Positions 29,433 to 38,695 are shown, numbered from the stretch's first letter. The stretch: 64,000 nt of DNA from Minisyncoccota bacterium (GCA_041651415.1 JBAZJH010000003.1:15309-79308); one strand, 5' to 3'. Numbers and translations are program-made. The notes: generated by a model from the sequence alone, not told the origin.

Positions 29433-30047
29433 TTAGAAATTAAAAGAAGTAAATTGAAGCAATCTCCAAATTTCCATTCCTTCAAGCCAATTACTAATTA
29501 TTATAACAAATAAAGCGGATGGCACCCATAAAAAAAGAAAAGGAATTCTGGGAGGTTCTTTCAGCTCAGAGGAGGGACGCAACTTAAAAATCAAAAAGAA
29601 AAAAAGAGAAACAAAAAGCTGAGAAAAGAGCAGAAAAATTATAAAAAAGATAAGCCCGGGATAGCCGGAAAGAAGAAGAGAAGAGGCGGCAAGATAGGGT
29701 TCTTCATGATAAAACAGCCTCTCTCCTAATTTTTTATTTATTTTTTTCAAAAGAAAAATAATAAGAAAAGAGGAAAGAAGAGAAACAAGAAAAGGAGCAA
29801 AAAAACGAGCAAGAGAGAACTCGAAGAGATAGCTCCAATCGTTAAAAGGGGGAAGGAATTTTTCAGTGAGAGGATTATTTTTCCAAGTTTTATACTGGGC
29901 AAAGACAAGATAAACTCTCGAAAGAAAAAGAAAAAAAATCGAAAAGAAGAAAAAGAAACGAGACGCTTTGAAAGAAGCGTCTCGTTTAAAGATTTGGACC
30001 AAAAATAAAATCAGAAGAACAGAAAGAGAAAAGTAGAAAGAAACCAT
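29433..30047 (-). CDS. hypothetical polytopic membrane protein
   Basis: 204 aa Phe/Leu-rich with several TM segments; between pilB and pilin array; lacks prepilin peptidase motifs. Confidence 0.35.
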   Translation of the reverse strand: MVSFYFSLSVLLILFLVQIFKRDASFKASRFFFFFSIFFLFLSRVYLVFAQYKTWKNNPLTEKFLPPFNDWSYLFEFSLARFFAPFLVSLLSSFLIIFLLKKINKKLGERLFYHEEPYLAASSLLLSGYPGLIFFIIFLLFSQLFVSLFFFLIFKLRPSSELKEPPRIPFLFLWVPSALFVIIISNWLEGMEIWRLLQFTSFNF

Positions 30048-30051
30048 TTAG

Positions 30052-30639
30052 TTAAAGATCTAAGCCGGGGTCAGTGCCAAGCTCATAGATAGTGGCCGAA
30101 CTTCCACCGTCCTTATTATCATAATCTTCGGTTGTGAGATACTTAGTGCTTTCAAAAACAGTATCAAGCTCAAAAGTAGTATTAGTATTATCACAAGCGT
30201 AAGAGTAGAAATAAGTGGCGTCATTCGTCGGGTCAATAGGAAGAACAGACAAGGGGGAACCGCCGGGGATATTAGAAAAAACCACCGGGATCCAACCAGT
30301 ACCATCAATAGTCCTATCCGCATCAGTCGTTGAGAGTCGAGCGGCGGCATGACGACCGCCACAGTTAGCGGTAATATCCGAAGCATTAGTAAAGCATTTA
30401 TTAGAACAACTTGATATAGCGGCGTCCAAGTCAGGAGAAGAAACATTCGTGACGTAAAGGCTTAAAGCCTCGTTTAAGGTGGAGAGGTCAGAAATTCTAG
30501 TAGAATCTCTAGCTTGTTTTAAAAGTTCAGCAGGATTCAAAACCAGAGTAGCAGCGGTGGTTAATACCGCCAGGACACCAATAACAATAAGAAGTTCCAT
30601 CAAAGTGAAACCTTTGCTGTTTTTAAGAATTGAAGCCAT
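30052..30639 (-). CDS. type IV pilin-like protein (paralog A)
   Basis: Class III signal KG/FTLMELLIVIGVLAVL with Glu+5; conserved N-terminal helix and C-terminal TYFYSYACDNT...TTEDYD...GTDPGLD block; variable centre. Confidence 0.8.
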   Translation of the reverse strand: MASILKNSKGFTLMELLIVIGVLAVLTTAATLVLNPAELLKQARDSTRISDLSTLNEALSLYVTNVSSPDLDAAISSCSNKCFTNASDITANCGGRHAAARLSTTDADRTIDGTGWIPVVFSNIPGGSPLSVLPIDPTNDATYFYSYACDNTNTTFELDTVFESTKYLTTEDYDNKDGGSSATIYELGTDPGLDL

Positions 30640-30656
30640 AATAATTTTTTAAAAAA

Positions 30657-31253
30657 TTATATATCCAAACCTGGGTCAGTGCCAAGCTCATAAGTAGTGG
30701 CTGAACTTCCTCCGTCTTCCGCATCATAATCCTCGGTTGTGAGATACTTAGTACTTTCAAAGACAGTGTCGAGTTCGAAAGTTTTGTTAGTGTTATCACA
30801 GGCGTAAGAGTAAAAATAGGTGGATGTGTTAGTCGGGTCAATAGGAAGAACGGCAAGAGGAGCGCCGCCGGGAATATCGGCAAAATCGACTGGAACCCAA
30901 CCATTAGCATCAACTTCGCGAGTGGCGTCGATGGTAGTGGTTTTTCCGGTATGCCGGCTATCACAATTAGCAGCCACACCTGTTGTAGCCGTATAACAAA
31001 GAGTGGAACAAGAATCTGTGCCACCATCAAGGTCGGGAGCACTGACATTCGTGACGTAAAGGCTTAAAGCCTCGTTTAAGGTGGAGAGGTCAGAAATTCT
31101 AGTAGAATCTCTAGCTTGTTTTAAAAGTTCAGCAGGATTCAAAACCAGAGTAGCAGCGGTGGTTAATACCGCCAGGACACCAATAACAATAAGAAGTTCC
31201 ATCAAAGTGAAACCTTTGCTTTCTTTTATCTTGCTAAATAAATTCTTAAACAT
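30657..31253 (-). CDS. type IV pilin-like protein (paralog B)
   Basis: Same leader/helix (nt-identical for about 210 nt with paralog C); distinct central region. Confidence 0.8.
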   Translation of the reverse strand: MFKNLFSKIKESKGFTLMELLIVIGVLAVLTTAATLVLNPAELLKQARDSTRISDLSTLNEALSLYVTNVSAPDLDGGTDSCSTLCYTATTGVAANCDSRHTGKTTTIDATREVDANGWVPVDFADIPGGAPLAVLPIDPTNTSTYFYSYACDNTNKTFELDTVFESTKYLTTEDYDAEDGGSSATTYELGTDPGLDI

Positions 31254-31298
31254 AGTAAATGAATAATTTTATGATTTTTGTAAATTGAATTTTAGAAG

Positions 31299-31889
31299 TT
31301 AGATATCTAACCCCGGCTCGGAACCCACTTCATAAGTAGTAGCTGAACTTCCTCCGTCTTCCGCATCATAATCCTCGGTCGTGAGATATTTAGTGCTTTC
31401 AAAAACAGTGTCAAGTTCGTAAGTTTTGTTAGTGTTATCACAGGCGTAAGAATAAAAATATGAAGTCGTATTGGAAGGATCGATAGGAAGAACAGCAAGA
31501 GGAGCGCCGCCGGGAATGTCAGTGAAATCGACCGGAATCCAGCCATTACCATCCACTTCGCGAGTAGTGTCAACTAAAGAAGCTCCAACATGCCTTCCGC
31601 CACAGTTAGCGGCAATGCCAGCAATATGGACAAAACAACTAACAGAACAATCTTGCGCGCCATCCATATCAGGAGAAGAAACATTCGTGACGTAAAGGCT
31701 TAAAGCCTCGTTTAAGGTGGAGAGGTCAGAAATTCTAGTAGAATCTCTAGCTTGTTTTAAAAGTTCAGCAGGATTCAAAACCAGAGTAGCAGCGGTGGTT
31801 AATACCGCCAGGACACCAATAACAATAAGAAGTTCCATCAAAGTGAAACCTTTGCTTTCTTTTATCTTGCTAAATAAATTCTTAAACAT
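31299..31889 (-). CDS. type IV pilin-like protein (paralog C)
   Basis: Same leader/helix; distinct central region; C-terminal block shared with B. Confidence 0.8.
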   Translation of the reverse strand: MFKNLFSKIKESKGFTLMELLIVIGVLAVLTTAATLVLNPAELLKQARDSTRISDLSTLNEALSLYVTNVSSPDMDGAQDCSVSCFVHIAGIAANCGGRHVGASLVDTTREVDGNGWIPVDFTDIPGGAPLAVLPIDPSNTTSYFYSYACDNTNKTYELDTVFESTKYLTTEDYDAEDGGSSATTYEVGSEPGLDI

Positions 31890-32029
31890 GAGATATTTTA
31901 TACTTACGACTTTTTTATAAACTAACGTTTTTATTTTCTACTCTTTCTATTTTTCTAAACTTTTTCAAATTATGGATATATTTTTATTTTAAAGCATGGT
32001 AAACATAATGTTTATTGTTTTTTTATAAA

Positions 32030-32629
32030 TCAGATATCCAAATCAGGGTCAGTGCCGATTTCGTAAGTGGTGGCGGAATTGCCGCCGTCAGTGCCGTCAT
32101 AATCCTCGGTTGTGAGATACTTAGTACTTTCAAAGACAGTGTCGAGTTCGAAAGTTTTGTTGGTGTTGTCGCAAGCGTAAGAGTAAAAATAAGTGGCATC
32201 ATTCGTCGGGTCAATAGGAAGAACAGATAAGGGGGAACCGCCGGGGATATCGGCAAAATCAATCGGAATCCAGCCGGTGCTATCAACTTCGCGAGTGGAA
32301 TCTTCGGTAGTGGTTTTAGTGGAATGGCGGCCGCCGCAGTTAGCGGTAACACTTGAGGCATTAACATAACAAAGAGTGGAGCAAGAGGTTGTGCCGCCGT
32401 CCAAATCCGGGGAATCAACACCGGTAACATAAACGCCGATAGCGTTTTTTAAGCTAGCCAAATCAGAAACGCGGGTAGCGTCTCTTGATTGCCTTAAGAT
32501 TTCAATCGGATTTAAAACAAGAACAGTAGCAGTGGCAAGAACCGCCAGGACACCAATAACAATAAGAAGTTCAAGCAGAGTAAATCCTTTTTGATTGCTT
32601 TTATTCATTTTTTCTTTATTTAATTTCAT
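32030..32629 (-). CDS. type IV pilin-like protein (paralog D, more divergent)
   Basis: QKGFTLLELLIVIGVLAVLA leader; C-terminal block GGSPLSVLPIDPTNDATYFYSYACDNT identical to paralog A. Confidence 0.8.
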   Translation of the reverse strand: MKLNKEKMNKSNQKGFTLLELLIVIGVLAVLATATVLVLNPIEILRQSRDATRVSDLASLKNAIGVYVTGVDSPDLDGGTTSCSTLCYVNASSVTANCGGRHSTKTTTEDSTREVDSTGWIPIDFADIPGGSPLSVLPIDPTNDATYFYSYACDNTNKTFELDTVFESTKYLTTEDYDGTDGGNSATTYEIGTDPDLDI

Positions 32630-32652
32630 TGTAGCACAAAGGAAAAAATATC

Positions 32653-33336
32653 CTATGTTGATAAAAATTTTTCAAAAATTTCCGGCGGGTCGGCCTCCAG
32701 TCTTATCTTAGTTCCATCCAAAAGAGGAAACTCCAGAGAAAGAGCGTGAAGATAAAGCGGAATTTCTTTATCAGTTTTTTTACCATAAAGCTTATCGCCT
32801 AAAATCGGGTGATTAAGAGAAGCAAGATGAACTCTGATTTGGTGAGTGCGGCCGGTTTTCGGCATAACTTTTAAGACAGAGAAATCCCCGCCATTTTCTA
32901 CTCTTTTAATGACCTGAAAAAAAGTCAAAGCTGGTTTAGCCAGTTTTTCCGAAAAAACGGAATGTTTAATCGTGCCGGATTTCAAGCCGATCGGCTTATT
33001 AATCTCCCCCTTATCCTCTTTTATAAAACCATGGACGACGGCAAGATAAGTTTTTTCTATTTTTCTTTCCTGAAAAAGATTTTTTAAATAAAGAAAAGCG
33101 GCCTGATTTTTAGCAAGGAGAAGAATTCCGGAAGTGTCGCGGTCTAAGCGATGGACTATGCCGGGGCGTTCTTTGGGATTATCGCCGACAGAAGAAGCCG
33201 AGGGAAATTTTTTAACGAAAAAATCGGCTACAGTTTCTTGAGATGACTTTTTTCCAGAAAGGCCGTGAGTCAAAACGCCGGCCGGCTTATTAACCGCCAG
33301 AATGTTTTCGTCTTCAAAAACAGTTTCTATTTCCAT
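32653..33336 (-). CDS. RluA-family pseudouridine synthase
   Basis: HRLDRDTSGILLLAKN catalytic Asp motif. Confidence 0.8.
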   Translation of the reverse strand: MEIETVFEDENILAVNKPAGVLTHGLSGKKSSQETVADFFVKKFPSASSVGDNPKERPGIVHRLDRDTSGILLLAKNQAAFLYLKNLFQERKIEKTYLAVVHGFIKEDKGEINKPIGLKSGTIKHSVFSEKLAKPALTFFQVIKRVENGGDFSVLKVMPKTGRTHQIRVHLASLNHPILGDKLYGKKTDKEIPLYLHALSLEFPLLDGTKIRLEADPPEIFEKFLST

Positions 33337-33338
33337 AA

Positions 33339-34472
33339 TTACCGAAGAAGAGCGGATTCAAAGCGAGTAAGATTCTTTTTCTTTTCGATAAAAGAATCTT
33401 CCGCCAGAGAAATTATTCTTCTTAAAAGATTGGGGAGTTCCAAACCGCTTGCCTTCCATAAATGCTGTTGAAGAGAGCCAGGAATAGTATTGATTTCATT
33501 AATAAAGACTCCACCCGAAGAGTCAAGAAGAAAATCCACGCGGGAAACGCCGGAACATTCAAGAAGACCGAAGATTTTTTTGGAAAGGTTTTCTATTTTT
33601 TCTCTTGTCGCTTCGCCGACAACGGCGGGGATTTTTACTTTAGTTTTAGCGCCAGCCATAGTGCCTCCTCCTTTTTTTCCTTCGCCGATATATTTTTCTT
33701 CAAAGGTGAGAAATTTAGAGTAATGAACCGGCTCTTCAAGAAGAGAGGTTTCTTTTTCTTTGAAACCGATAACGGCGCAATTTATTTCTCTTACTTCTTT
33801 TATCCCCTCTTCGGCAATTATTTTTCTGGCATAACGGACAGCCACCTCAATGGCGTCCTCAAGAGTTCTTTCGTCGTCAGCTTTAGTGATGCCGATAGAA
33901 GAACCCAGATTAGCCGGTTTGATAAAAATAGGAAAATGAAGCTTTTCCATTATTTTATCTTTTATTTTTTTCTGGTCTTTTTCCCATTCTTCGCGATAAA
34001 ACCAGAGGTAATCAACAATAGGAAGATTATTGGCGCGACAAATATCTTTAGTGATTACTTTATCCATACCGACAGCGGAACCCAAAACCGAAGGGCCGAC
34101 AAGAGGGACATTGGCAGTTTCAAAAAACCCCTGAAGCGTGCCGTCTTCGCAGTTATTGCCATGAACCATGGGAAAAGCGATATCAATGATTATTTTTTTG
34201 CCGAAAAACCAATTTTTTTTAAGAACAAGTTTTTCCGAAGAAGGATTAAAGAGAACATGGACATTGCTTTTACTTCCTCTTTTTTCTTTAAGTTCGCGGA
34301 AAGAAGGAAAGTTTTTGAAAATAATCCATTCACCGCGGGGAGTGATATAAATCGGAACAACTTTATATTCGGATATCAGGTTTTCAAATCCCCTGTTAAT
34401 AATTTTTGCGGAAACGACAGAAACATCATGTTCCACGCTTTTGCCGCCGAAGAAAAGTCCTATGGTTTTCAT
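33339..34472 (-). CDS. ddl: D-alanine--D-alanine ligase
   Basis: MKTIGLFFGGKSVEHDVSVVSAK N-terminus, ATP-grasp core; large antisense ORF 33462..34475 judged spurious. Confidence 0.85.
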   Translation of the reverse strand: MKTIGLFFGGKSVEHDVSVVSAKIINRGFENLISEYKVVPIYITPRGEWIIFKNFPSFRELKEKRGSKSNVHVLFNPSSEKLVLKKNWFFGKKIIIDIAFPMVHGNNCEDGTLQGFFETANVPLVGPSVLGSAVGMDKVITKDICRANNLPIVDYLWFYREEWEKDQKKIKDKIMEKLHFPIFIKPANLGSSIGITKADDERTLEDAIEVAVRYARKIIAEEGIKEVREINCAVIGFKEKETSLLEEPVHYSKFLTFEEKYIGEGKKGGGTMAGAKTKVKIPAVVGEATREKIENLSKKIFGLLECSGVSRVDFLLDSSGGVFINEINTIPGSLQQHLWKASGLELPNLLRRIISLAEDSFIEKKKNLTRFESALLR

Positions 34473-34782
34473 TGATAAAATTTTAGCTTTTTATATAAAA
34501 ACAAGCAAATAAGGGCGTTCCTGTTTGAAATTTGAAAAAAGAAGAGTTTTGCTGTTAAAATAACAGGAGAACAAACAAGAAAGGAGACGAGTTTATGAGA
34601 AAAGCGATTGTCGGAAATTTAGTGGGAATAAAAAGTGTTATGGTTTGACTGTTTTATTTAAAGAGCCCTGAAAAGGGTTCTTATTTTTGACAAAAACAAA
34701 TATTAGAGTAGAGTGTGAGAAGCTTTTTAAAATCAAAAAAAAACGGAATCAAATTTGTCTACTGACAAAAAGGAGAAAAAAA

Positions 34783-35052
34783 ATGAAAAAAACCGGGTGT
34801 CTACACACAAATGGAGTAATTTGCGTTATCACAGCTTTGATTTTTCTTGGAAACATTATTTTTAAAATTCTTTCGCCGTCAACGCAAACTGAAATAGGAG
34901 AAGAAACATATGACCTGGTAAACAATATAGCAATTATGCTTCTTCTTGGATTTTTCGCGGGCTTGTTTTTTCTTTGGAACATCTCGGCAAAAATTGATTC
35001 TTTTTTAACAGCGGTTTTAATGGTTGAAAAAGAAAAGAAAAACGGAGATTAA
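34783..35052 (+). CDS. small membrane protein, hypothetical
   Basis: AAGGAG SD before ATG; TTGACA-17-TAGAGT promoter-like at about 34684-34712; hairpin AGGAACGCTTTTGCGTTCCT plus T-run terminator at about 35070-35100. Confidence 0.4.
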   Translation: MKKTGCLHTNGVICVITALIFLGNIIFKILSPSTQTEIGEETYDLVNNIAIMLLLGFFAGLFFLWNISAKIDSFLTAVLMVEKEKKNGD

Positions 35053-35104
35053 TGATTTCCAGCAATATTCAGGAACGCTTTTGCGTTCCTTTTTTTTATT
35101 AAAT

Positions 35105-35175
35105 CTTCGCAAAAACCCCGCTCTAGGCGAGATAAAACTTTAAGATTCCGCGGCCGTAAGGCCGCGGAGTTTCAT
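35105..35175 (-). repeat. conserved two-hairpin 3' element, copy B (after murF)
   Basis: Reverse complement CTCCGCGGCCTTACGGCCGCGGAATCTTAAAGTTTTATCTCGCCTAGAGCGGGGTTTTT matches copy at 42741-42806 with compensatory stem changes. Confidence 0.45.
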
Positions 35176-35182
35176 TTAAAAA

Positions 35183-36640
35183 TCAGAGATAATTGTCCGG
35201 CCAGTCGTTTTGAAAAAGAATCACGTCTCCTTCTTTTAAAATACCGAAAAGAGAATTTTGGAGTTCAGGCATAGAATTAAATTCTTTAATATTTTCTGCC
35301 GAAAAACCGGATTCAAGAAGCCCTTTTTTAATAAAGCCGGAAGCGGAGGTTTTAATAAGAAGAACAAGGTCGGCGACGCGGCTTAAATCACGCCCGATTC
35401 CAAAATGAACGCGTTCCATATCTTTTCCCATTTCCACCAAACCCGGGGTGGCAAAAATTTTTCTTCTGCTTGAAAATCTTTCAAGGGTTGAAACAGCTTC
35501 TTTAACACCTTCGGGATTGCCGTTATAGCTGTCGTCAATCACCAAAATATTATTGCCGCGGCGAGAAAGATTCAGGCGATGCGGAGCGGGACGCGCTTCA
35601 AAAACTCCCCGCAAAATTTCTTGTTCGGAAAGACCGAAAAATTGACCGATTAAAGCGGAGGCAGAAACAACGCCGATAATATAAGAAGGAAGAAAACCGG
35701 TTTTAAAAGGTCCGAGATCTTGGCCGGAACTCGAAAGAATAAATTCCAAACCGGAACCGTCTTCTAAAAATTTCAGGCCGCGGGGATTAAATTTGGAGAG
35801 ATGATTAGGTTTCGAGGAAAAGAAAAAAACTTTTCTATTGCCAAGATATTTTTCAAAATTAGCCACGATCTTGCTATCGTCGGCATTAAAGAAAACGGAA
35901 GCGTTATTTTTAGAAAAACGGACGATTTCAAATTTAGCGGAAATTGTGTTTGCCAAATTGCCAAAACGTTCCAGATGGCTTTCATTAATGCCGGTTAAAA
36001 CAGCGACATCGGGAGGAGCGAGAAGACAAAGCTCTTTGATGTCCCCTTTTTTGTAGGCGCCCATCTCCACAATAAAGATTTCCGTTTCAGGAGGAAGTTC
36101 TTTCAGAATAAATCTCGCAATACCAAGAGGCGTGTTGATATTTTCAGGAGTTTTGGCAACTTTAAATTTTTCAGAAAGAACGGAAAAAATCATTTCTTTC
36201 ATGGTGGTTTTGCCATAGCTTCCGGTGATGCCGATTATTTTTATTTTAGAGAGGCGAGAAAGTTTCTTTTTGGCGCGAGAGACGATGAATTTTTTTGCCA
36301 GAAAATCAAAAGGAGAAAGAAGCCAAGAAGAAATAAGGAGAGGGAGAAAGAAAAAATAAGATAAAAAAACAAAAGAAAGGAATAGAATAAAAATTTTTAA
36401 AAATAGAGAAGCGGTTTTAAAAAAAGGAAACCAGAAAATCAAAAGCGGGAGAAAAAAAAGGAGGAGAACAGAAAGAGAAAACAAAAGGACAGCTTTTAAG
36501 GTAAAGACTAGTTCCTGTCTTCTTAAATTTTTTGAGGAAAAAAGGCGGGAAAAAGAAAGCTTCAGAAAGCGAAAACGGCTGTAGTTCTCAAGCTGGAAGA
36601 GGTAGAGAAAAAAAGTGAAATGATTAAAAAACGATGACAT
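35183..36640 (-). CDS. murF: UDP-MurNAc-tripeptide--D-Ala-D-Ala ligase with atypical hydrophobic N-terminal extension
   Basis: GITGSYGKTTMKEMI P-loop, Mur ligase middle and C-terminal domains; first about 130 codons Phe/Leu-rich TM-like instead of usual N-domain. Confidence 0.8.
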   Translation of the reverse strand: MSSFFNHFTFFLYLFQLENYSRFRFLKLSFSRLFSSKNLRRQELVFTLKAVLLFSLSVLLLFFLPLLIFWFPFFKTASLFLKIFILFLSFVFLSYFFFLPLLISSWLLSPFDFLAKKFIVSRAKKKLSRLSKIKIIGITGSYGKTTMKEMIFSVLSEKFKVAKTPENINTPLGIARFILKELPPETEIFIVEMGAYKKGDIKELCLLAPPDVAVLTGINESHLERFGNLANTISAKFEIVRFSKNNASVFFNADDSKIVANFEKYLGNRKVFFFSSKPNHLSKFNPRGLKFLEDGSGLEFILSSSGQDLGPFKTGFLPSYIIGVVSASALIGQFFGLSEQEILRGVFEARPAPHRLNLSRRGNNILVIDDSYNGNPEGVKEAVSTLERFSSRRKIFATPGLVEMGKDMERVHFGIGRDLSRVADLVLLIKTSASGFIKKGLLESGFSAENIKEFNSMPELQNSLFGILKEGDVILFQNDWPDNYL

Positions 36641-36644
36641 ATTC

Positions 36645-37478
36645 TTATTTTACAAAATTAAAGAGGATTTTCGAAAATTCTTCAGGCTGGTCGAGAAAGT
36701 TGAAATGGCCGGCGTCTTTAATGATTTCCAAACGGGAATTTTTAATTTTTCGACGGAAAGTTTCAGCCATATAAAGCGGGGTAGTTTTGTCTTCTTCTCC
36801 CCAAACAAGGAGCGTTTCAGCTTTTATTTTCGGAAGAAGCGGTTCTAAATTTTCTTTAATGACATTCAAGAAAACATTCTTTAAGGCGGGAGTGGCAAGA
36901 TAATCGTCGGAACCGAGAAGTTTATAGATTTTCGGACGGAAGGATTTTAAAAACGGAAGTTTAAAAAAAGGCTTGAAAATTTTAGCCATAATTTTGAGAA
37001 AAGTTTTTTTATTTTTCGGCGGAAGGCCGGCGCTGCCGACTAAAACAAGTTTATCAATAAATTCCGGAAAAAGAGAGGAGAATTTTAAAGTAATGCGTCC
37101 GCCGAAAGAATGGCCAATCAGGCAAACTTTTTTCAAGTTTTCCTTTTTAATAAAATCTTTAATGAGAACAGCGTATTTTTCCAAATCAAAATTTTCCGGA
37201 GGATTTTCAGAGGAGCCGAAGCCAGGAAGGTCCAGAGCAAAAGGCCTAAATCCCCTTTTTTCCGCTTGTTCCATAATTTTAAACCAAGCGGCGCCTTGTG
37301 AGCGCCAGCCGTGCAAAAAGACAAGCGGATAGCCGGAATTTTTGGAAAAAAGAAAATTTATAACAATATCTTCCAAAACAAGCTTTTTCTGTTCGATCAT
37401 TATTTTAATAATAAAGGAAAAAGGGGCAGAAAAAAAGAAGGAGAAAAGTAAATTGATGTTCCGATAAAATCGGAGCAT
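36645..37478 (-). CDS. alpha/beta-fold hydrolase
   Basis: VFLHGWRSQGAAW oxyanion region and GHSFGG nucleophile elbow. Confidence 0.75.
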   Translation of the reverse strand: MLRFYRNINLLFSFFFSAPFSFIIKIMIEQKKLVLEDIVINFLFSKNSGYPLVFLHGWRSQGAAWFKIMEQAEKRGFRPFALDLPGFGSSENPPENFDLEKYAVLIKDFIKKENLKKVCLIGHSFGGRITLKFSSLFPEFIDKLVLVGSAGLPPKNKKTFLKIMAKIFKPFFKLPFLKSFRPKIYKLLGSDDYLATPALKNVFLNVIKENLEPLLPKIKAETLLVWGEEDKTTPLYMAETFRRKIKNSRLEIIKDAGHFNFLDQPEEFSKILFNFVK

Positions 37479-37501
37479 TTTTTAGCTCTGGCTAAAAAAT
37501 G

Positions 37502-37574
37502 TGGACCGTACCGGATTTGAACCGGTGACCTCCACATTGCAAATGTGGCGCTCTACCAACTAAGCTAACGGCCC
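37502..37574 (-). tRNA. tRNA-Ala(TGC)
   Basis: GGGCCGTTAGCTTAGTTGGTAGAGCGCCACATTTGCAATGTGGAGGTCACCGGTTCAAATCCGGTACGGTCCA; G3:U70 identity pair, anticodon TGC; CCA not encoded. Confidence 0.85.
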
Positions 37575-37669
37575 GAAGTTATTACAGAAAGATAATAACA
37601 GATTTAGGATTTTAGACAAGAAAAAGGAAAGCGGTTTTCGCTTAGAGCGAAAACCGCTTGATTAAAAAT

Positions 37670-38077
37670 TCAGGTTATTTTGGATCTCGGAATTGAAAAA
37701 TCCGGGAGAAAACTCCCAGAAAAACTTAAGGATGAGGGAGTTTCGTCATATCCTTCAGGAACTCCCCCAGCCTTTTTACTGGAGATAGAAGAAATAACAG
37801 GATTCCATTTTTCCAAAAGTTCAGGAATATTAAGGATCGCCGAAAGAAGTTTTTGCAGAAAAGTGAGATTAGAAAAACCGTTTTCTCCATAAATTATATT
37901 TTGAAGTAAGGAAAAATCGGTTTTATTAAGAAGAATTCTTAGATCAGAAGTAACAACAACATCACATTTAGATGCTGCAGCCTTATCTCTGACAGAATTC
38001 TCACTTATCCCAAGAAGCAGGTGAAATTTCCCGCTTTTTTTACAAACAGCCAGAAATAATTCTTTTGATTCCGTCAT
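37670..38077 (-). CDS. hypothetical protein
   Basis: 135 aa ORF between tRNA-Val and tRNA-Ala; weak GGAAAGGAA SD; no family recognised. Confidence 0.3.
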   Translation of the reverse strand: MTESKELFLAVCKKSGKFHLLLGISENSVRDKAAASKCDVVVTSDLRILLNKTDFSLLQNIIYGENGFSNLTFLQKLLSAILNIPELLEKWNPVISSISSKKAGGVPEGYDETPSSLSFSGSFLPDFSIPRSKIT

Positions 38078-38110
38078 TTTTTTAATTCCTTTCCGTTATT
38101 CAGACATTTA

Positions 38111-38140
38111 AAAAACTGTGTAATTTATAACACAGTTTTA
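38111..38140 (-). terminator. intrinsic terminator after tRNA-Val
   Basis: AACTGTGT-AATTTATA-ACACAGTT perfect 8-bp inverted repeat followed by T6 on minus strand (could alternatively be an operator). Confidence 0.4.
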
Positions 38141-38160
38141 GCGATAAAACAATAAAAAGG

Positions 38161-38234
38161 TGCGTCCTGGGGGACTCGAACCTCCGACCTCTTGCGTGTC
38201 ATGCAAGCGCTCTAACCAGCTGAGCTAAGGACGC
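38161..38234 (-). tRNA. tRNA-Val(GAC)
   Basis: GCGTCCTTAGCTCAGCTGGTTAGAGCGCTTGCATGACACGCAAGAGGTCGGAGGTTCGAGTCCCCCAGGACGCA; anticodon GAC. Confidence 0.85.
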
Positions 38235-38342
38235 ATTTTATTATCCTCTTAATCCGCCAGTTGGCGGAGGAGCACAATTTTTTAGCTTTAGTAATAAATC
38301 TTTTGAAGCTCCGATATAATCGGAGCCCCGATAAAATCGGGG

Positions 38343-38414
38343 TGGGTGTGGGAGGGATCGGACCTCCGGCCTCTGTCTTATCAGGACAGCGTTCTACCAC
38401 TGAACTACACACCC
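38343..38414 (-). tRNA. tRNA-Ile(GAT)
   Basis: GGGTGTGTAGTTCAGTGGTAGAACGCTGTCCTGATAAGACAGAGGCCGGAGGTCCGATCCCTCCCACACCCA; anticodon GAT. Confidence 0.85.
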
Positions 38415-38686
38415 CTTTTGAATAGCCAAGGAAAATTATTATCAGTTATAACCTTATTGATAATATCTTTCCTTTTGTATTTTTTCAATTTATATTCAAA
38501 ACCTCTCGCTTGTCTTAACGATTCACACTCAAGAAAAGATTCTAAAACAAGAGGCCTGATATTCTTTGTTGACAGCACTCTTCCGGAAATATGGTCTTTA
38601 AATCTTCTTTCAATATTGTCAGTGCTTCCTATATAAAATCTTTTATTTTTTAAACTTCTTAATATATAAACACCGCTTTTCTTCAT
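38405..38686 (-). CDS. GIY-YIG domain nuclease (small, 93 aa)
   Basis: GVYILRSLKNKRFYIGSTDNIERRFKDH = GIY-YIG motif with catalytic Arg/Glu context; stop codon TAG lies inside tRNA-Ile acceptor/D-arm (GGGTGTGTAG). Confidence 0.7.
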   Translation of the reverse strand: MKKSGVYILRSLKNKRFYIGSTDNIERRFKDHISGRVLSTKNIRPLVLESFLECESLRQARGFEYKLKKYKRKDIINKVITDNNFPWLFKRGV

Positions 38687-38695
38687 AAATTGAAA

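Noticed and set aside
33462-34475. 337-aa plus-strand ORF
   Set aside because: Entirely antisense to ddl, whose product has clear family motifs; composition (Phe/Arg/Asn-rich) typical of antisense read-through in a gene with biased codon usage
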